DNA of 64,000 nt from a virus. Taxonomy: Duplodnaviria; Caudoviricetes. The notes below the pieces were generated by a model. It made no database searches, was not told where the DNA came from, and was given only the letters and a program-made list of their open reading frames with translations. The stretch lies in IMG/VR virus record IMGVR_UViG_3300020050_015145, positions 8,208 to 72,207 of that record, one strand, 5' to 3'. Positions 17,724 through 27,535 of this stretch are shown piece after piece; position 1 is the first letter of the stretch; every line of letters begins with the position of its first letter. The translations under genes were made by a program, and so were the position numbers.

Positions 17724-18227
17724 CTATATTGTTTTAAGTTGAAAGTGCATTCCGTCCTCATTCTTTCCTTTCCAGTATCCGCCCCAATCGAAGCCGGCAT
17801 CCGTGAAGCATTTTACAAATCCCTCCGAAAGCGTTGACTTTCCCCCAAAAGGATTCCATGCGGCATTCACATCAATAGCCACCGCCCAACTGTGAAGGCT
17901 CCAAGAATCTTTGCCGCGTTTGTAGCGGATGTTAAAACACCCATCCCACGTTTTCAATTCATCCGCATGACCCCTTGCAATCAGGTTCCGAAAAGCTTTT
18001 TCCAAAGGAGCTGTCAAAATTCGATTACAGTACAGACGGTTTGGCAAGGCGGGTATGGCATCGTTTATGCTCGTTGGAATATCCCACAGTACAAGCAGGG
18101 AGCCTTCCCACGCGACAGACGCGACAGGAAGCCCCCATTTTTTGATACATTGATTACTTGTCAGCATCTTTTTTGCCTCTTGTTTTACCTCCGCCCATTT
18201 TCCCAAGTACCGCGTCGGTTCCTGCAT
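17724..18227 (-). CDS. endolysin, peptidase M15 family
   Basis: SLHSWAVAIDVN (SxHxxxxAxD) and DGMHFQL. Confidence 0.85.
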   Translation of the reverse strand: MQEPTRYLGKWAEVKQEAKKMLTSNQCIKKWGLPVASVAWEGSLLVLWDIPTSINDAIPALPNRLYCNRILTAPLEKAFRNLIARGHADELKTWDGCFNIRYKRGKDSWSLHSWAVAIDVNAAWNPFGGKSTLSEGFVKCFTDAGFDWGGYWKGKNEDGMHFQLKTI

Positions 18228-18651
18228 TGGCTACATCGTCCGCACGCCGTTCAAGTGTCTTGAAAAAACGCGTAACGATTTTCAGAATCAGAACACCCGT
18301 GCAGCCTATCAGAAAATACACCGCATTCACATCCCACTTGGGCAATACCAATTCATGTACCGTGGAAGACAAAGCCAGCGAACACGAAAAGCCGATTCCC
18401 ACCTTTATCCAAAATTCGGAGGTTGAAAGCGTCGTTGATAGCTTTGCACCTGCTGCGCTGCCGGCACCTGCTGCCAACGCTTTGATGGCGAATGCAGTTG
18501 CGGCACTTCCTAAGAAGCCCAAAATCGTTGCCAGTACTGGCACACCTGCAAGGATGCTCAATATGCCGTACAGCGCGTATATTGTCAGTTCCATAAGCAT
18601 ACTCGTATTTTTAGTGGGGTTGTTGGTTGCTAATTGTGCTTGTGTTTTCAT
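18154..18651 (-). CDS. putative holin
   Basis: Several TM helices and a basic C-terminal tail, adjacent to the endolysin. Confidence 0.6.
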   Translation of the reverse strand: MKTQAQLATNNPTKNTSMLMELTIYALYGILSILAGVPVLATILGFLGSAATAFAIKALAAGAGSAAGAKLSTTLSTSEFWIKVGIGFSCSLALSSTVHELVLPKWDVNAVYFLIGCTGVLILKIVTRFFKTLERRADDVANAGTDAVLGKMGGGKTRGKKDADK

Positions 18652-18667
18652 ATCAGTAGGGTATAAT

Positions 18668-19069
18668 TTACTTTATAGTGACAATCAAAACACCCACCCC
18701 AACGCCTCCCAAAGCCGACAAAACGGGCCGCAAAATCTTGTATTTCCGTATTCGCCAAATCACTTTCCGCTCATTCCAAACTTCAAGATTCAGCACTTTC
18801 AACAAACGCGCCTGTTGGTTGGCGTTCAGCGTTTTGATATTGGTCAAGGCTCGCTTCAAAAGGTTCGATTCGGCAAGCAAATCAGGATAATCATTCAGAA
18901 TCTTAATGGTTGAATCAATCTCAATTTGACTTCCGCACAGACAATTTGAATCCGTTTTTTTTGTTAGCTGACTCCAGCTTTTTGTTGCGCACAGAATCAG
19001 ACTTAAAAGGAATAGGCACAGCATTAGCACTTGCCCGCTTGGTTTCGATAACTTCAATTTTGATTTCAT
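18668..19069 (-). CDS. putative spanin-like protein
   Basis: N-terminal signal (..CATKSWS|Q), coiled coil, C-terminal TM; overlaps upstream gene. Confidence 0.45.
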   Translation of the reverse strand: MKSKLKLSKPSGQVLMLCLFLLSLILCATKSWSQLTKKTDSNCLCGSQIEIDSTIKILNDYPDLLAESNLLKRALTNIKTLNANQQARLLKVLNLEVWNERKVIWRIRKYKILRPVLSALGGVGVGVLIVTIK

Positions 19070-19241
19070 CTTCCTTAATTTGCTCTTTTAAGTCCAAACC
19101 TCCGCAACTCTTCACCGCCAAAATCACCATGCAAATCATGGCCACGAATACGATTAGCGCAACTGAGAACCTGAACGCTTTCATAGCCTCTCCTTCACCT
19201 TTTTCTTCGTGGCAGCACTTGCTTTTTTGTACAGTCAACAT
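18921..19241 (-). CDS. putative spanin-like membrane protein
   Basis: N-terminal TM ending LAVKSC; overlaps the next gene by 149 nt in the lysis cassette. Confidence 0.45.
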   Translation of the reverse strand: MLTVQKSKCCHEEKGEGEAMKAFRFSVALIVFVAMICMVILAVKSCGGLDLKEQIKEDEIKIEVIETKRASANAVPIPFKSDSVRNKKLESANKKNGFKLSVRKSN

Positions 19242-19288
19242 CCCCCTGTGGACGAATCGGCATCGTTAGGGATATGCTTGGCTACATG

Positions 19289-19759
19289 TCACGCTGTGGG
19301 CATATACCCCTCATAGTCAGGTATTAAGTTTTGCGGCACAAAATAGGTGAAACGAACCATGCGACGCTTAGTAACAGGATTGAAGAAATAGTCCTGCGGA
19401 TGCGCTTGATGTATCTCGCAGATTGTCACCCAATCACCCAGCCCTTTGTTAAGAACTGCCACGCCCTGCTTTGCCTTTTCTTCGTCGATATAGACACACA
19501 GGCGCAAAACAGGGATATTATAGTTTTTGTCGGGCTGACCCGTCCATGCGTTATTGCGCTCCATTTTGGACACATTCTCAGCAATCAACGCATCGTCGTG
19601 AGGAATGCGAAGTCTAACGAAAGCAGTTTTCATGTTCTCAAAAGCAGAACCACGTAAGGCGTCAACGACTGAAACATATACAGGTTGTACTTTGGCTTTC
19701 TTTTGCGCCTGCGCCGCTACTACCAACAGCGCTAAGCAGAGTATAAATAAGTTTTTCAT
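19289..19759 (-). CDS. secreted hypothetical protein
   Basis: MKNLFILCLALLVVAAQA|Q; start revised. Confidence 0.7.
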   Translation of the reverse strand: MKNLFILCLALLVVAAQAQKKAKVQPVYVSVVDALRGSAFENMKTAFVRLRIPHDDALIAENVSKMERNNAWTGQPDKNYNIPVLRLCVYIDEEKAKQGVAVLNKGLGDWVTICEIHQAHPQDYFFNPVTKRRMVRFTYFVPQNLIPDYEGYMPTA

Positions 19760-19796
19760 CTTCCTCGATTTGTTTTTACAATCCAACTGCAACTTT

Positions 19797-20630
19797 TTAT
19801 TGTGGCAGCGGGTATCTAATAATAACTATTCCGGAGGCGCCACCCATGCCGGGTGGGGTACTGGAATGGCCGCCACTTCCTGTATTTGCGGCTGGCGGTG
19901 TGCCGGTGTATGTGAATACCGGCGCGGGCGTGACATGTGCTCCATTGCCACCAATCGAATAGGTTACCGATGCGCCCGAAATTGAGTAGCTGCGCCCCGC
20001 CCCGCCCATACCCCGAGCGGCGTTTGTTCCCGCCGTTCCCGCCCCGCCGGCCCCGCCGCCGCCGCCGGAAGATTGATTGGTAGAAAGCACTCCGTCGCCG
20101 CCATTGAAGCCATAACCGGTTGCTCCGCCATTGGAGGTTTGAGAGGCCGCTCCAGCCGAAGATCCGCTGAAGCCCGCCTTACCACCACCGGACCCGCCAC
20201 CGCCGCCGCCAACACTGCCATCGGACCCGCCGCCGCCACCGCCAAAAGCTGTGATGTTGTCGAAAACGGAATTCCCTCCCGTTCCTCCTTTGCTACCGGA
20301 GATACCAATTGCACCACCCACCCCTACTGTGACGGTGTATGTTCCCTGTGTAACAATTCTCCCTGTTTGATAGGCAAGCCCGCCGGCCCCGCCGGCCCCG
20401 CCGGAATAGCCATACCCACTTGCTCCTCCCCCGGCAACTACCAGCACGTCAATTGTGTCAACCACGTTAAAAACTGCTGTTCCCGAGGTGGTGAAGGTGT
20501 GAATTCTGTACCCTCCAATGTCGGTCACAACCCCGCCATCGACCGGCGAAGCCATGATGTAGGGGTTGATTATCGTTTGCCCTGTCGTCTGAATTGCGGC
20601 CAGCAACAGGAATATCAATAGCTTTTTCAT
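19797..20630 (-). CDS. glycine-rich tail-fibre-like protein with signal peptide
   Basis: MKKLLIFLLLAAIQTTG|Q; GGYRIHTFTTSGT, VLVVAGGGA, GGASGIVIIRY; TAATG coupling to upstream gene. Confidence 0.75.
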   Translation of the reverse strand: MKKLLIFLLLAAIQTTGQTIINPYIMASPVDGGVVTDIGGYRIHTFTTSGTAVFNVVDTIDVLVVAGGGASGYGYSGGAGGAGGLAYQTGRIVTQGTYTVTVGVGGAIGISGSKGGTGGNSVFDNITAFGGGGGGSDGSVGGGGGGSGGGKAGFSGSSAGAASQTSNGGATGYGFNGGDGVLSTNQSSGGGGGAGGAGTAGTNAARGMGGAGRSYSISGASVTYSIGGNGAHVTPAPVFTYTGTPPAANTGSGGHSSTPPGMGGASGIVIIRYPLPQ

Positions 20631-21706
20631 TAGTTCATGTATCCGTTTATGGTCACCTTGCCTCCCTTTGCCGTTCCGTTTCCGACTTGATCGACATCGA
20701 TGGTTATTTTTGCCCATTTTGCCCATGAGGTATCCGATATGACCGGGGCGGTCGCTGCTGTGTTACTGCCTTCCTCTGTATTATCCACAGTTAATTTTGT
20801 AGACAGGACGGTAGTGCCGGCTTTGTTAATATCGACCGTGAAAAGCGACCCCGACACCTGGGGGGTCGACAGCCCCAAATGCATCTCTGTTACCGTCATG
20901 CTGTAAGGCATGTAGAAAGTCACCTTTGAGGTGCCGGCGGTAATGAATGAGGTTTCGTCCGAAAAGGAGACAACAATAGAAGCAGGTGTATTGATAGTCA
21001 GGGTACCGGCACTACCCGAATTACCCATTGTTGCATAAGGTCCTACTATATTAAGAGAAGTAATCTCTCCTGAACTTCCGACATTAGAACCTTCTTCCCT
21101 GTATTGTATATTTGCCTGTTTTGCGTTCAGCGCCGTTTGGGTCGCGGTTGAAACAGGTTTGTTGGCGTCGGAAGTGTTATTGGTAGCATCCACCCCTAAT
21201 AGGATTCTCGCCTGCGAAACGGTTAAATCCTGCACCGCCGCTGAACTTCCTGTATTATTGCCTTTCAGCGAATTGGCCGCAGCATTGGCGAGTTTTGCGT
21301 TAGTAATCGCATTGTCCGCTACGGTCGTTGCCAAAACCGGCTCACGCTTATACCTGCGACCGTTGGCCGCAACAATGCAATCCGTTCCGTCATCTGCCGT
21401 AGCGCTGCCTGATATGTACCGAAACCAACCTTCTTTCCCTGAATCGGTGATGTAGATTAATTCGTAATTGGTGTTATTGATAAGCCGCGTATTGGCAATT
21501 GTCTTGGTGTAATACTTCTTTTTGAGCGTGTCAACATGGTCAATCACATCATTAAAAGTCTCACGAAGCTTAACCGCCTGAATGGACTTATTATTGGTCG
21601 AAGGGAAATACGTATTGATTTCGCCCCTGATAGCAGGAATAGGCTGCTGTCCGAAAGACGAAACGGCCAGCGAAAGCGCCAAAAGCGCCAGTGTTATTTT
21701 TTTCAT
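20630..21706 (-). CDS. tail-fibre-like protein with signal peptide
   Basis: MKKITLALLALSLAVSSFG|Q; NNTSDANKPVSTATQTALNAK tail-repeat motif; GWFRY...DDGTDCIVAANGRRYKR. Confidence 0.75.
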   Translation of the reverse strand: MKKITLALLALSLAVSSFGQQPIPAIRGEINTYFPSTNNKSIQAVKLRETFNDVIDHVDTLKKKYYTKTIANTRLINNTNYELIYITDSGKEGWFRYISGSATADDGTDCIVAANGRRYKREPVLATTVADNAITNAKLANAAANSLKGNNTGSSAAVQDLTVSQARILLGVDATNNTSDANKPVSTATQTALNAKQANIQYREEGSNVGSSGEITSLNIVGPYATMGNSGSAGTLTINTPASIVVSFSDETSFITAGTSKVTFYMPYSMTVTEMHLGLSTPQVSGSLFTVDINKAGTTVLSTKLTVDNTEEGSNTAATAPVISDTSWAKWAKITIDVDQVGNGTAKGGKVTINGYMN

Positions 21707-23982
21707 AATTTCGCTATAAACAGTCTATTGCCTTCTGTTTTTCCTGAATACATCTTCCCTTCGATTTCAACTTCAAATTCAGTCCAGCGTCCGGGTCGCG
21801 ACCAAACATCCTGCACTAACAGCACTTTTTGCCCGTTATTTTCACACACCAAAGCAAACGGCTGGCGCTTTTGTAGTGCATCTATGTACCAGCTTCCGTT
21901 TGTGATTTCGTCTACCGTGACAGCCGACAAAACGGAGCCATCTTTTGTTGCTCTTTTGTAGGTAAATTTGGGAGCCCTGCGGCTTCCGTCCATGGCATCC
22001 TGAATGAGCGAATAGGTATAGGCGGCCTTAATGGTTGCATTGATGGCCATCGCCTCTTTGCCGATATAAAACTTATCCCCCTGCGGAGCGCGCCCCTGTT
22101 CAAATGTCCAGACTGAAAAACCGCCCGCCTCGGTATAGGCATTGTTGTATTGTGCTGTGCCGGAAGGGTTCCAGCCCACGGGTCCGGGACACCAATAGAA
22201 TAGGTATTTTGAGGTCAACAACCCCAATGTCATGTTATCTTCCCACTGCGTAGGCGGGTACATGGGCTTATTGTCGGTACGTCGTGCTCTTGCATTATGT
22301 TCAGGGATTTCTACGACGTGGTTGGGAGGAAAAGACACAAATTCGGTTTCCTGAAACGGCCACGAGAAGTACACCTGATCTTTGTCCGGCCACGATCTGC
22401 GCCACAATTCGGAGGCGTCCAGTGATTTTAGGTAGGTAAGTTGAGGGCTGATGTTGCGCCCGTTGCCGTCGTTTTCAGAAAGATTGTTGTCGTAACTTAC
22501 ATAGCCATACCCTGTATTTATTACCGAATAAGGATTATACTTTTTCTGCAAGTCGTTCAGTCTGCTATATGCTTCTTCGTACTTTGCAATGTCTTTATTC
22601 TGCTGGCCGTAGTTTGTGTGAGGGGTAAGCTGAACACCGTCAAGCATCAAGTTGTTTGGCGAATTTGAAGGAATGTCCATCCAATTGTAAGCCATTGCCC
22701 CGCGCTGTTTCAATCGCTCGATTACGTAACCCATATTTCGGGTGAAGTTTGGAGCGGCATAATCTACAATCCACGTTTCGGAGGCGTGAGGCTCAATGTC
22801 AAAAGCAACAATCTGTTCGATTGGCAATCCGTTGGCAAAATCAATGCACTCCTGTTCGGTCAGGTCGTGAAAGCCTTTGCGACTTGGTAAACTAAGTAAA
22901 TAACTGCTTAGCGAATGGGCATAGAGCTTTAGGTGCCTTTTGCCTTTTTGCCAGTTAAACTGTATGCCGAGTTGTTTTTTGCGCTCGTCGGTTTCATCCA
23001 AAAATTCGTACTCGAAGCCGTAAGAGCGATTTTTAAGCGAAAAAGCAGGGAGTTTTGAAAAGGCAGACGGACGGCCGATTGGATTCGGGGAGTCCCCTGC
23101 CGGGTTCCAAGTCTCCGATTTTGGAACGACGTAGAAAAACAATTCAGAGCGCCGAAACTCGGCCTTTGGATTATCGTACATCGCCCTCCATACCTCGCGA
23201 ATACTTGATTGTGAAATAGAGTATTTGGAAACGTGGTAGAGTCGATAGGGTAAAATGGGCTCATTTTCCAACTTGCCGCAATTTTCCAAATCCGTCCATC
23301 CGTTTAGGGTATAAGAGGCCGACTGCAAGCTATTGCCTATATCCGAAAGAAGTAACTGTCCGTTTAGTTGCGAAATTCGTAGGTCTAAGTGCTCATCGGG
23401 ACGGCTTTCGATGTAGCGCAACTCGTATTCGCCCGCCAGCTCTGCTGAGGGCAGAAATGGGTCTTTGAGGGCAAAAAGATTGTGCCCTCCTGTGTGTCTA
23501 TCTGAATTTGGCAAAAGTGCTGCATTCGACACGTCGAAAGCTCTTTTTCCTTTTGCCGGATCGGAATTGCAATTAGTTGCCCTAATTTGCAGTTCATAAG
23601 CTCCGGCCGTCAGCTTTTGTTGAATAGAAACCTGCGAGGAAGTAAGCTGTCCTGTATTGCCGCCGCTCACAAACGCGCCCGATTGCGTAAGTGTCCAATC
23701 TATCGACCGTACATCTACCGCCTGAAAGGAAAATTCAATACGACCGTCACTGTACTTTGCAGTAAGCAGGTCTAACCCTGTCTTGCAATCAAGTTTTGAG
23801 ACTACAACGGGCGCATGAGGATTTAGCCTGCTTTCGATGTATTCGCGTACCCATTGGCGGGTAGCAACAGTGTCTTTGTTTTCGGTTTTCGGGTTTTTGG
23901 GTTTGGACAGTTTTTGTCCAAAACTTTGCCCAATGCCTAAAAGCATCGTCGTTAGCAGGAGAAGAAGTTTGAGGTTTTTCAT
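21703..23982 (-). CDS. large secreted protein (Ig-like domain plus possible carbohydrate-active domain)
   Basis: MKNLKLLLLLTTMLLGIGQSFG|Q; beta-sandwich-like N-terminal region; aromatic-rich C-terminal region. Confidence 0.7.
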   Translation of the reverse strand: MKNLKLLLLLTTMLLGIGQSFGQKLSKPKNPKTENKDTVATRQWVREYIESRLNPHAPVVVSKLDCKTGLDLLTAKYSDGRIEFSFQAVDVRSIDWTLTQSGAFVSGGNTGQLTSSQVSIQQKLTAGAYELQIRATNCNSDPAKGKRAFDVSNAALLPNSDRHTGGHNLFALKDPFLPSAELAGEYELRYIESRPDEHLDLRISQLNGQLLLSDIGNSLQSASYTLNGWTDLENCGKLENEPILPYRLYHVSKYSISQSSIREVWRAMYDNPKAEFRRSELFFYVVPKSETWNPAGDSPNPIGRPSAFSKLPAFSLKNRSYGFEYEFLDETDERKKQLGIQFNWQKGKRHLKLYAHSLSSYLLSLPSRKGFHDLTEQECIDFANGLPIEQIVAFDIEPHASETWIVDYAAPNFTRNMGYVIERLKQRGAMAYNWMDIPSNSPNNLMLDGVQLTPHTNYGQQNKDIAKYEEAYSRLNDLQKKYNPYSVINTGYGYVSYDNNLSENDGNGRNISPQLTYLKSLDASELWRRSWPDKDQVYFSWPFQETEFVSFPPNHVVEIPEHNARARRTDNKPMYPPTQWEDNMTLGLLTSKYLFYWCPGPVGWNPSGTAQYNNAYTEAGGFSVWTFEQGRAPQGDKFYIGKEAMAINATIKAAYTYSLIQDAMDGSRRAPKFTYKRATKDGSVLSAVTVDEITNGSWYIDALQKRQPFALVCENNGQKVLLVQDVWSRPGRWTEFEVEIEGKMYSGKTEGNRLFIAKL

Positions 23983-24037
23983 AAAAGAGTGTATTGTCAC
24001 AGACAGCACTCGAAAGCGCTGTCTGTGAAATGAATTA

Positions 24038-25273
24038 TTAAGCCGGAGTGGTTAATTCAAAACCGAAGATGCCGGTTACATCTTTTAAGATGTTTCCGCT
24101 CACGCTCGTAAAGAAGCCTGTAGGACGCTTGTAAAGTCCATAAAGCAATGAAGGCGTTACGTCAAGTGTTGGATATGCCTTGGTTGAAACCGCCATTTGA
24201 GCGCGGAAATCCACGTCCAATTCAAAGAAGTCGCCGCCTAAACCTGCAATGGAGCTGTCCAAAGCGGATTGCTCTACGCGGAAGCTGAGGCTTCCGTAAG
24301 AGTGGTCAAACCAGTTGCCGCTGTTAACAAAGCCATTTTCTCCGTGCTCAGGGCAAGGGCAGAATGCCGCTGCCGCCGTATCGAAGGCAATGATTTTGTT
24401 CTCACCGTAGATGGTATCCACAGCAGGGTCAAAGTACCACAACACAGGCAGTTTTGCGTAGGCTTCTGCCAAGTTTACACCTGCGTTGTTGACGGCCATA
24501 ATCCCCTGTTTGGCCATGTACTTGCTCAAGCGCTGTCCACCCACCACGATCAAACGACCTTTCAATGAGTTCAAAAGCATCGTTTGCTGGAAGGCCTCCA
24601 ATAGGTTTTCGGTTGCTTTTCCCGCAGAGTCAAATACCTCAACAGGCACACAGGGAGCCGCAGCGGTTGGAGTTACTTCATCCGGATACGCGGCATTTTT
24701 ACCGATACCGGCCACCATCGAAGTGGTCAGTACGGAGTCAACGGGCTTTAACAAGGTTTCGTCCACCGTGCGGTAAATGTCCATACCGATGTCAAGCATC
24801 TTATCGCCGTATTTTGCGCCGTCAACACCGCCGTAGGGTTTTACCTTACCGTCAATCAAGCCGTTGATATACTTGAAGTAGCCAGGCTCCTTCATTACGT
24901 CCGAGATAGCCCATTGAATACCCCACTCCCGACGCAGGTTGAAATCAACCGTTAAGTTGGTAGCGCCCTGAATAGCCGTTCCCGATGTTTTGGTACGGGT
25001 ATTGCGACCCGTGCCGGCATAAGCGGGCTTAAAGTTGGTCGTTACGCTAAAATAAGGAAGCTCGGTTTCCGTGTCGAACTTCTTGGTTGTGCGGTTATCG
25101 CGCCCGCCGCCCGCAAAGGCTTTGACCGGGTCGATTTCGTTGATGATCTGGCGAAGCTCAGGAGCGCGGAGCGCCTTGAGCATACCTAAGTGAGAGAATT
25201 TGTACTCGTTGCCGGGTACGTGACCAACGGCCGCATACGTGATGCGACCGCCACTCAAATTAATGTCATTCAT
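24038..25273 (-). CDS. major capsid protein (putative)
   Basis: 411 aa, directly downstream of a scaffold-like gene in the head cluster; context-based. Confidence 0.7.
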   Translation of the reverse strand: MNDINLSGGRITYAAVGHVPGNEYKFSHLGMLKALRAPELRQIINEIDPVKAFAGGGRDNRTTKKFDTETELPYFSVTTNFKPAYAGTGRNTRTKTSGTAIQGATNLTVDFNLRREWGIQWAISDVMKEPGYFKYINGLIDGKVKPYGGVDGAKYGDKMLDIGMDIYRTVDETLLKPVDSVLTTSMVAGIGKNAAYPDEVTPTAAAPCVPVEVFDSAGKATENLLEAFQQTMLLNSLKGRLIVVGGQRLSKYMAKQGIMAVNNAGVNLAEAYAKLPVLWYFDPAVDTIYGENKIIAFDTAAAAFCPCPEHGENGFVNSGNWFDHSYGSLSFRVEQSALDSSIAGLGGDFFELDVDFRAQMAVSTKAYPTLDVTPSLLYGLYKRPTGFFTSVSGNILKDVTGIFGFELTTPA

Positions 25274-25344
25274 TTTTAATGCCGTTTTTTCTGTTTCACA
25301 ATTCCTTTCCCTTCATGCCTTACGACATCATTTTTTCGTTCGTC

Positions 25345-26214
25345 TTAGACGGACTTGGCTCTGCTGAAATTCTTTTCAGCAACTCCGCCGAGGGACGAAC
25401 CGGCCCCGCCTCTTGGTACTTCTATCTGATCTTCCTGACCGGCATCCGATTTCTTTTCCCACGTTTCGTATTCTTTAAAAAACACGTCGGACAAATCTTC
25501 CACCGTCATTTTCTTTGTCGTTCCTTCCACCAAAACCGCTTCTTCCGGTGTGCCCTGCTTGCGTATCTCGCCCGATTCGTAATCAATCAACCAGCCCGCT
25601 TTTTTAACCATTTTAGAGGTGCGCGACTGGAAATCGTCCCGAACGTCTTTGTCTTTGAGTTTTTCAGCACTCATTTTGGGCATGGCCATAGCAAATAATT
25701 CCGCGTAGGTTTTCCCCTCCAATGCCGAGTTTACCTTGGTGCTGATTTTCTCGTACTCCGACTTGGTGATGTAGTCTCCCGCCGTAATTTGGCCCAGTAC
25801 TTTGTCCAACTCTTTTTTGTAGTTGGCCGCATCCTGCCCTTCGCGTCCGGCTCCTTTGGAAAGAAAGTCCGTAACGATTTTGAGTTTTTTGTAGCTCGAA
25901 TCCGCCTTGTTAAACTCCGCTTTGTTGGCCTCATCCAAAATCGCTTCGTACGGTTTGGTGATGGCGTCCACGGGATCTAAAAATTCGGGCTTCAATTTTG
26001 TTTTCAGCTTATCCTTCAGTGATTTCTCCACCTCCGGATGGGCCGTTGCTTCGGCAAGGGTCATCAAACCTTCGCCTACCAATTTCGCATCGTCATCGTC
26101 GAGGTCTTCCTCCAAGGTGTTCAATGCGTCCACTATTTTACTGTGTTTTTCGGCGTTAAAACGCCCGGATTTTTCGAGGATTCTTTTGAAAGTTCCTCCC
26201 AATTTTACTCCCAT
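25345..26214 (-). CDS. capsid scaffolding protein (putative)
   Basis: Charged helical protein upstream of the MCP. Confidence 0.6.
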   Translation of the reverse strand: MGVKLGGTFKRILEKSGRFNAEKHSKIVDALNTLEEDLDDDDAKLVGEGLMTLAEATAHPEVEKSLKDKLKTKLKPEFLDPVDAITKPYEAILDEANKAEFNKADSSYKKLKIVTDFLSKGAGREGQDAANYKKELDKVLGQITAGDYITKSEYEKISTKVNSALEGKTYAELFAMAMPKMSAEKLKDKDVRDDFQSRTSKMVKKAGWLIDYESGEIRKQGTPEEAVLVEGTTKKMTVEDLSDVFFKEYETWEKKSDAGQEDQIEVPRGGAGSSLGGVAEKNFSRAKSV

Positions 26215-26237
26215 GATTAAGATAATTAAGAATCAGA

Positions 26238-26253
26238 TTAAGTATATTATTAA
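26238..26253. promoter_or_regulatory. operator candidate
   Basis: TTAAGTATATTATTAA, inverted copy of the 42187 site. Confidence 0.55.
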
Positions 26254-26269
26254 TTTGATTTACAAAAAA

Positions 26270-26671
26270 TTACATCTCCTCCACTTCGGAGTCGTCGATG
26301 ATTTCCACTACGCTGTAACCGTCTTTTTTGGCTACGTACAGCCCAAGCAGTTTAATTCCCTGCAAACGGTCCAACTCCGCATTTTTAACACTCTGCCAAT
26401 ACGCTTTGGTTACCTGTGTCTCAGTACCGTTGGCGTTTTCAATCACCAATGGTGTTTTGTAGCTTAGTTCGCTAAACCTTTTCACCCGCGCAGCTTCCGC
26501 CTCTGCTTCCGCAGCAGCTTTTTCCTGTTCCGCTTTTTTCGCGGCCTCCGCGTCTGTCTCTGCCTTCGCTTTTTTTGCAGCTTCCGCAGCAGCCTTTTCC
26601 TGTTCCTTCTGAGCTTTTGCGGAATTTTTCTCCGCTAACGCCTTTTTTTCTTCTTCGGTCAACTCTGCCAT
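26270..26671 (-). CDS. Ala/Lys/Glu-rich hypothetical protein
   Basis: AAAEAAKKAK-type low-complexity N-terminus. Confidence 0.65.
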   Translation of the reverse strand: MAELTEEEKKALAEKNSAKAQKEQEKAAAEAAKKAKAETDAEAAKKAEQEKAAAEAEAEAARVKRFSELSYKTPLVIENANGTETQVTKAYWQSVKNAELDRLQGIKLLGLYVAKKDGYSVVEIIDDSEVEEM

Positions 26672-26713
26672 TTTTGTATTGTTTTAGGTAAAAAATAAAT
26701 CATAATCTTTGTT

Positions 26714-27535
26714 TTAGCCCGCCATTCTTTCGTATAACTCCTTTGAGATGGGCAGCAGTCGGTGCCGGCAGTTGTACCCGCCCGCATACATAAAAATACT
26801 TTGGGCGTTGGTGCCGGGAATTTTGCCGCCCCATTCTTTTTTTGCCCACTCTTTCACTTCCGCTTTGGTATAGGCTTTGCCCACCCGTACATTGCAGAAC
26901 TCACGTGTGGTTTTAATGCGTGTGCCCATGTAGTAATAATGCTGCGCTCCCAGTGCCTTGGTTACTTCGTCGGTATAAGCCCGCGAGTATTGGTACAGAG
27001 CATCCGAGGTATAGGTGGTAAAGTATTTCATGGGTTGACCTTTTTCGCCCAATATTTTCTTTAACGCCTCTCTGAAGTCGCTTTTTCGGGATTTGCTGTA
27101 CACATGAAACTGCAAGGTTTTTACAATTTCACTCACGTATATCTGCTGCACTCCTTCACCCGTCAAAGAGCGACGCACCGCTTCCAGCGCTGCCCGGTAG
27201 GTATTGGTAACTTCCAATCCTTTTTGAGGAAAATCAAAGAACACTTTGCCGAAATACTCCTCCAGCTTGGTGATGGATTCGGCCATTTTGGATACCAAGT
27301 CACCCACCAAAACCGTAAAGCCCACGTTTTGAATCAACAAAGGCAAATTGGTCTGCATTTCAAGCAGTACACTCATGTTCTGAGCGAGGCTCCCGCCCTG
27401 AAAATCAAATTTGTCAATGAACTCAAAGAGTTTGTCAAGCAATTGCGAATTGATCGACAGTATTCGACTGTTTAATGAATCTATCCATTTTGACAGCAAT
27501 TCTTCCCATTTTTCAAAGTCTTCAATCGGCTCCAT
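26714..27535 (-). CDS. minor head (MuF-like) protein
   Basis: YMGTRIKTTREFC...GGYNCRHRLLP. Confidence 0.75.
   Translation of the reverse strand: MEPIEDFEKWEELLSKWIDSLNSRILSINSQLLDKLFEFIDKFDFQGGSLAQNMSVLLEMQTNLPLLIQNVGFTVLVGDLVSKMAESITKLEEYFGKVFFDFPQKGLEVTNTYRAALEAVRRSLTGEGVQQIYVSEIVKTLQFHVYSKSRKSDFREALKKILGEKGQPMKYFTTYTSDALYQYSRAYTDEVTKALGAQHYYYMGTRIKTTREFCNVRVGKAYTKAEVKEWAKKEWGGKIPGTNAQSIFMYAGGYNCRHRLLPISKELYERMAG

Noticed and set aside
19289-23982. T9SS C-terminal sorting domains on the secreted proteins
   Set aside because: No recognisable CTD signature; only the Sec signal is claimed.
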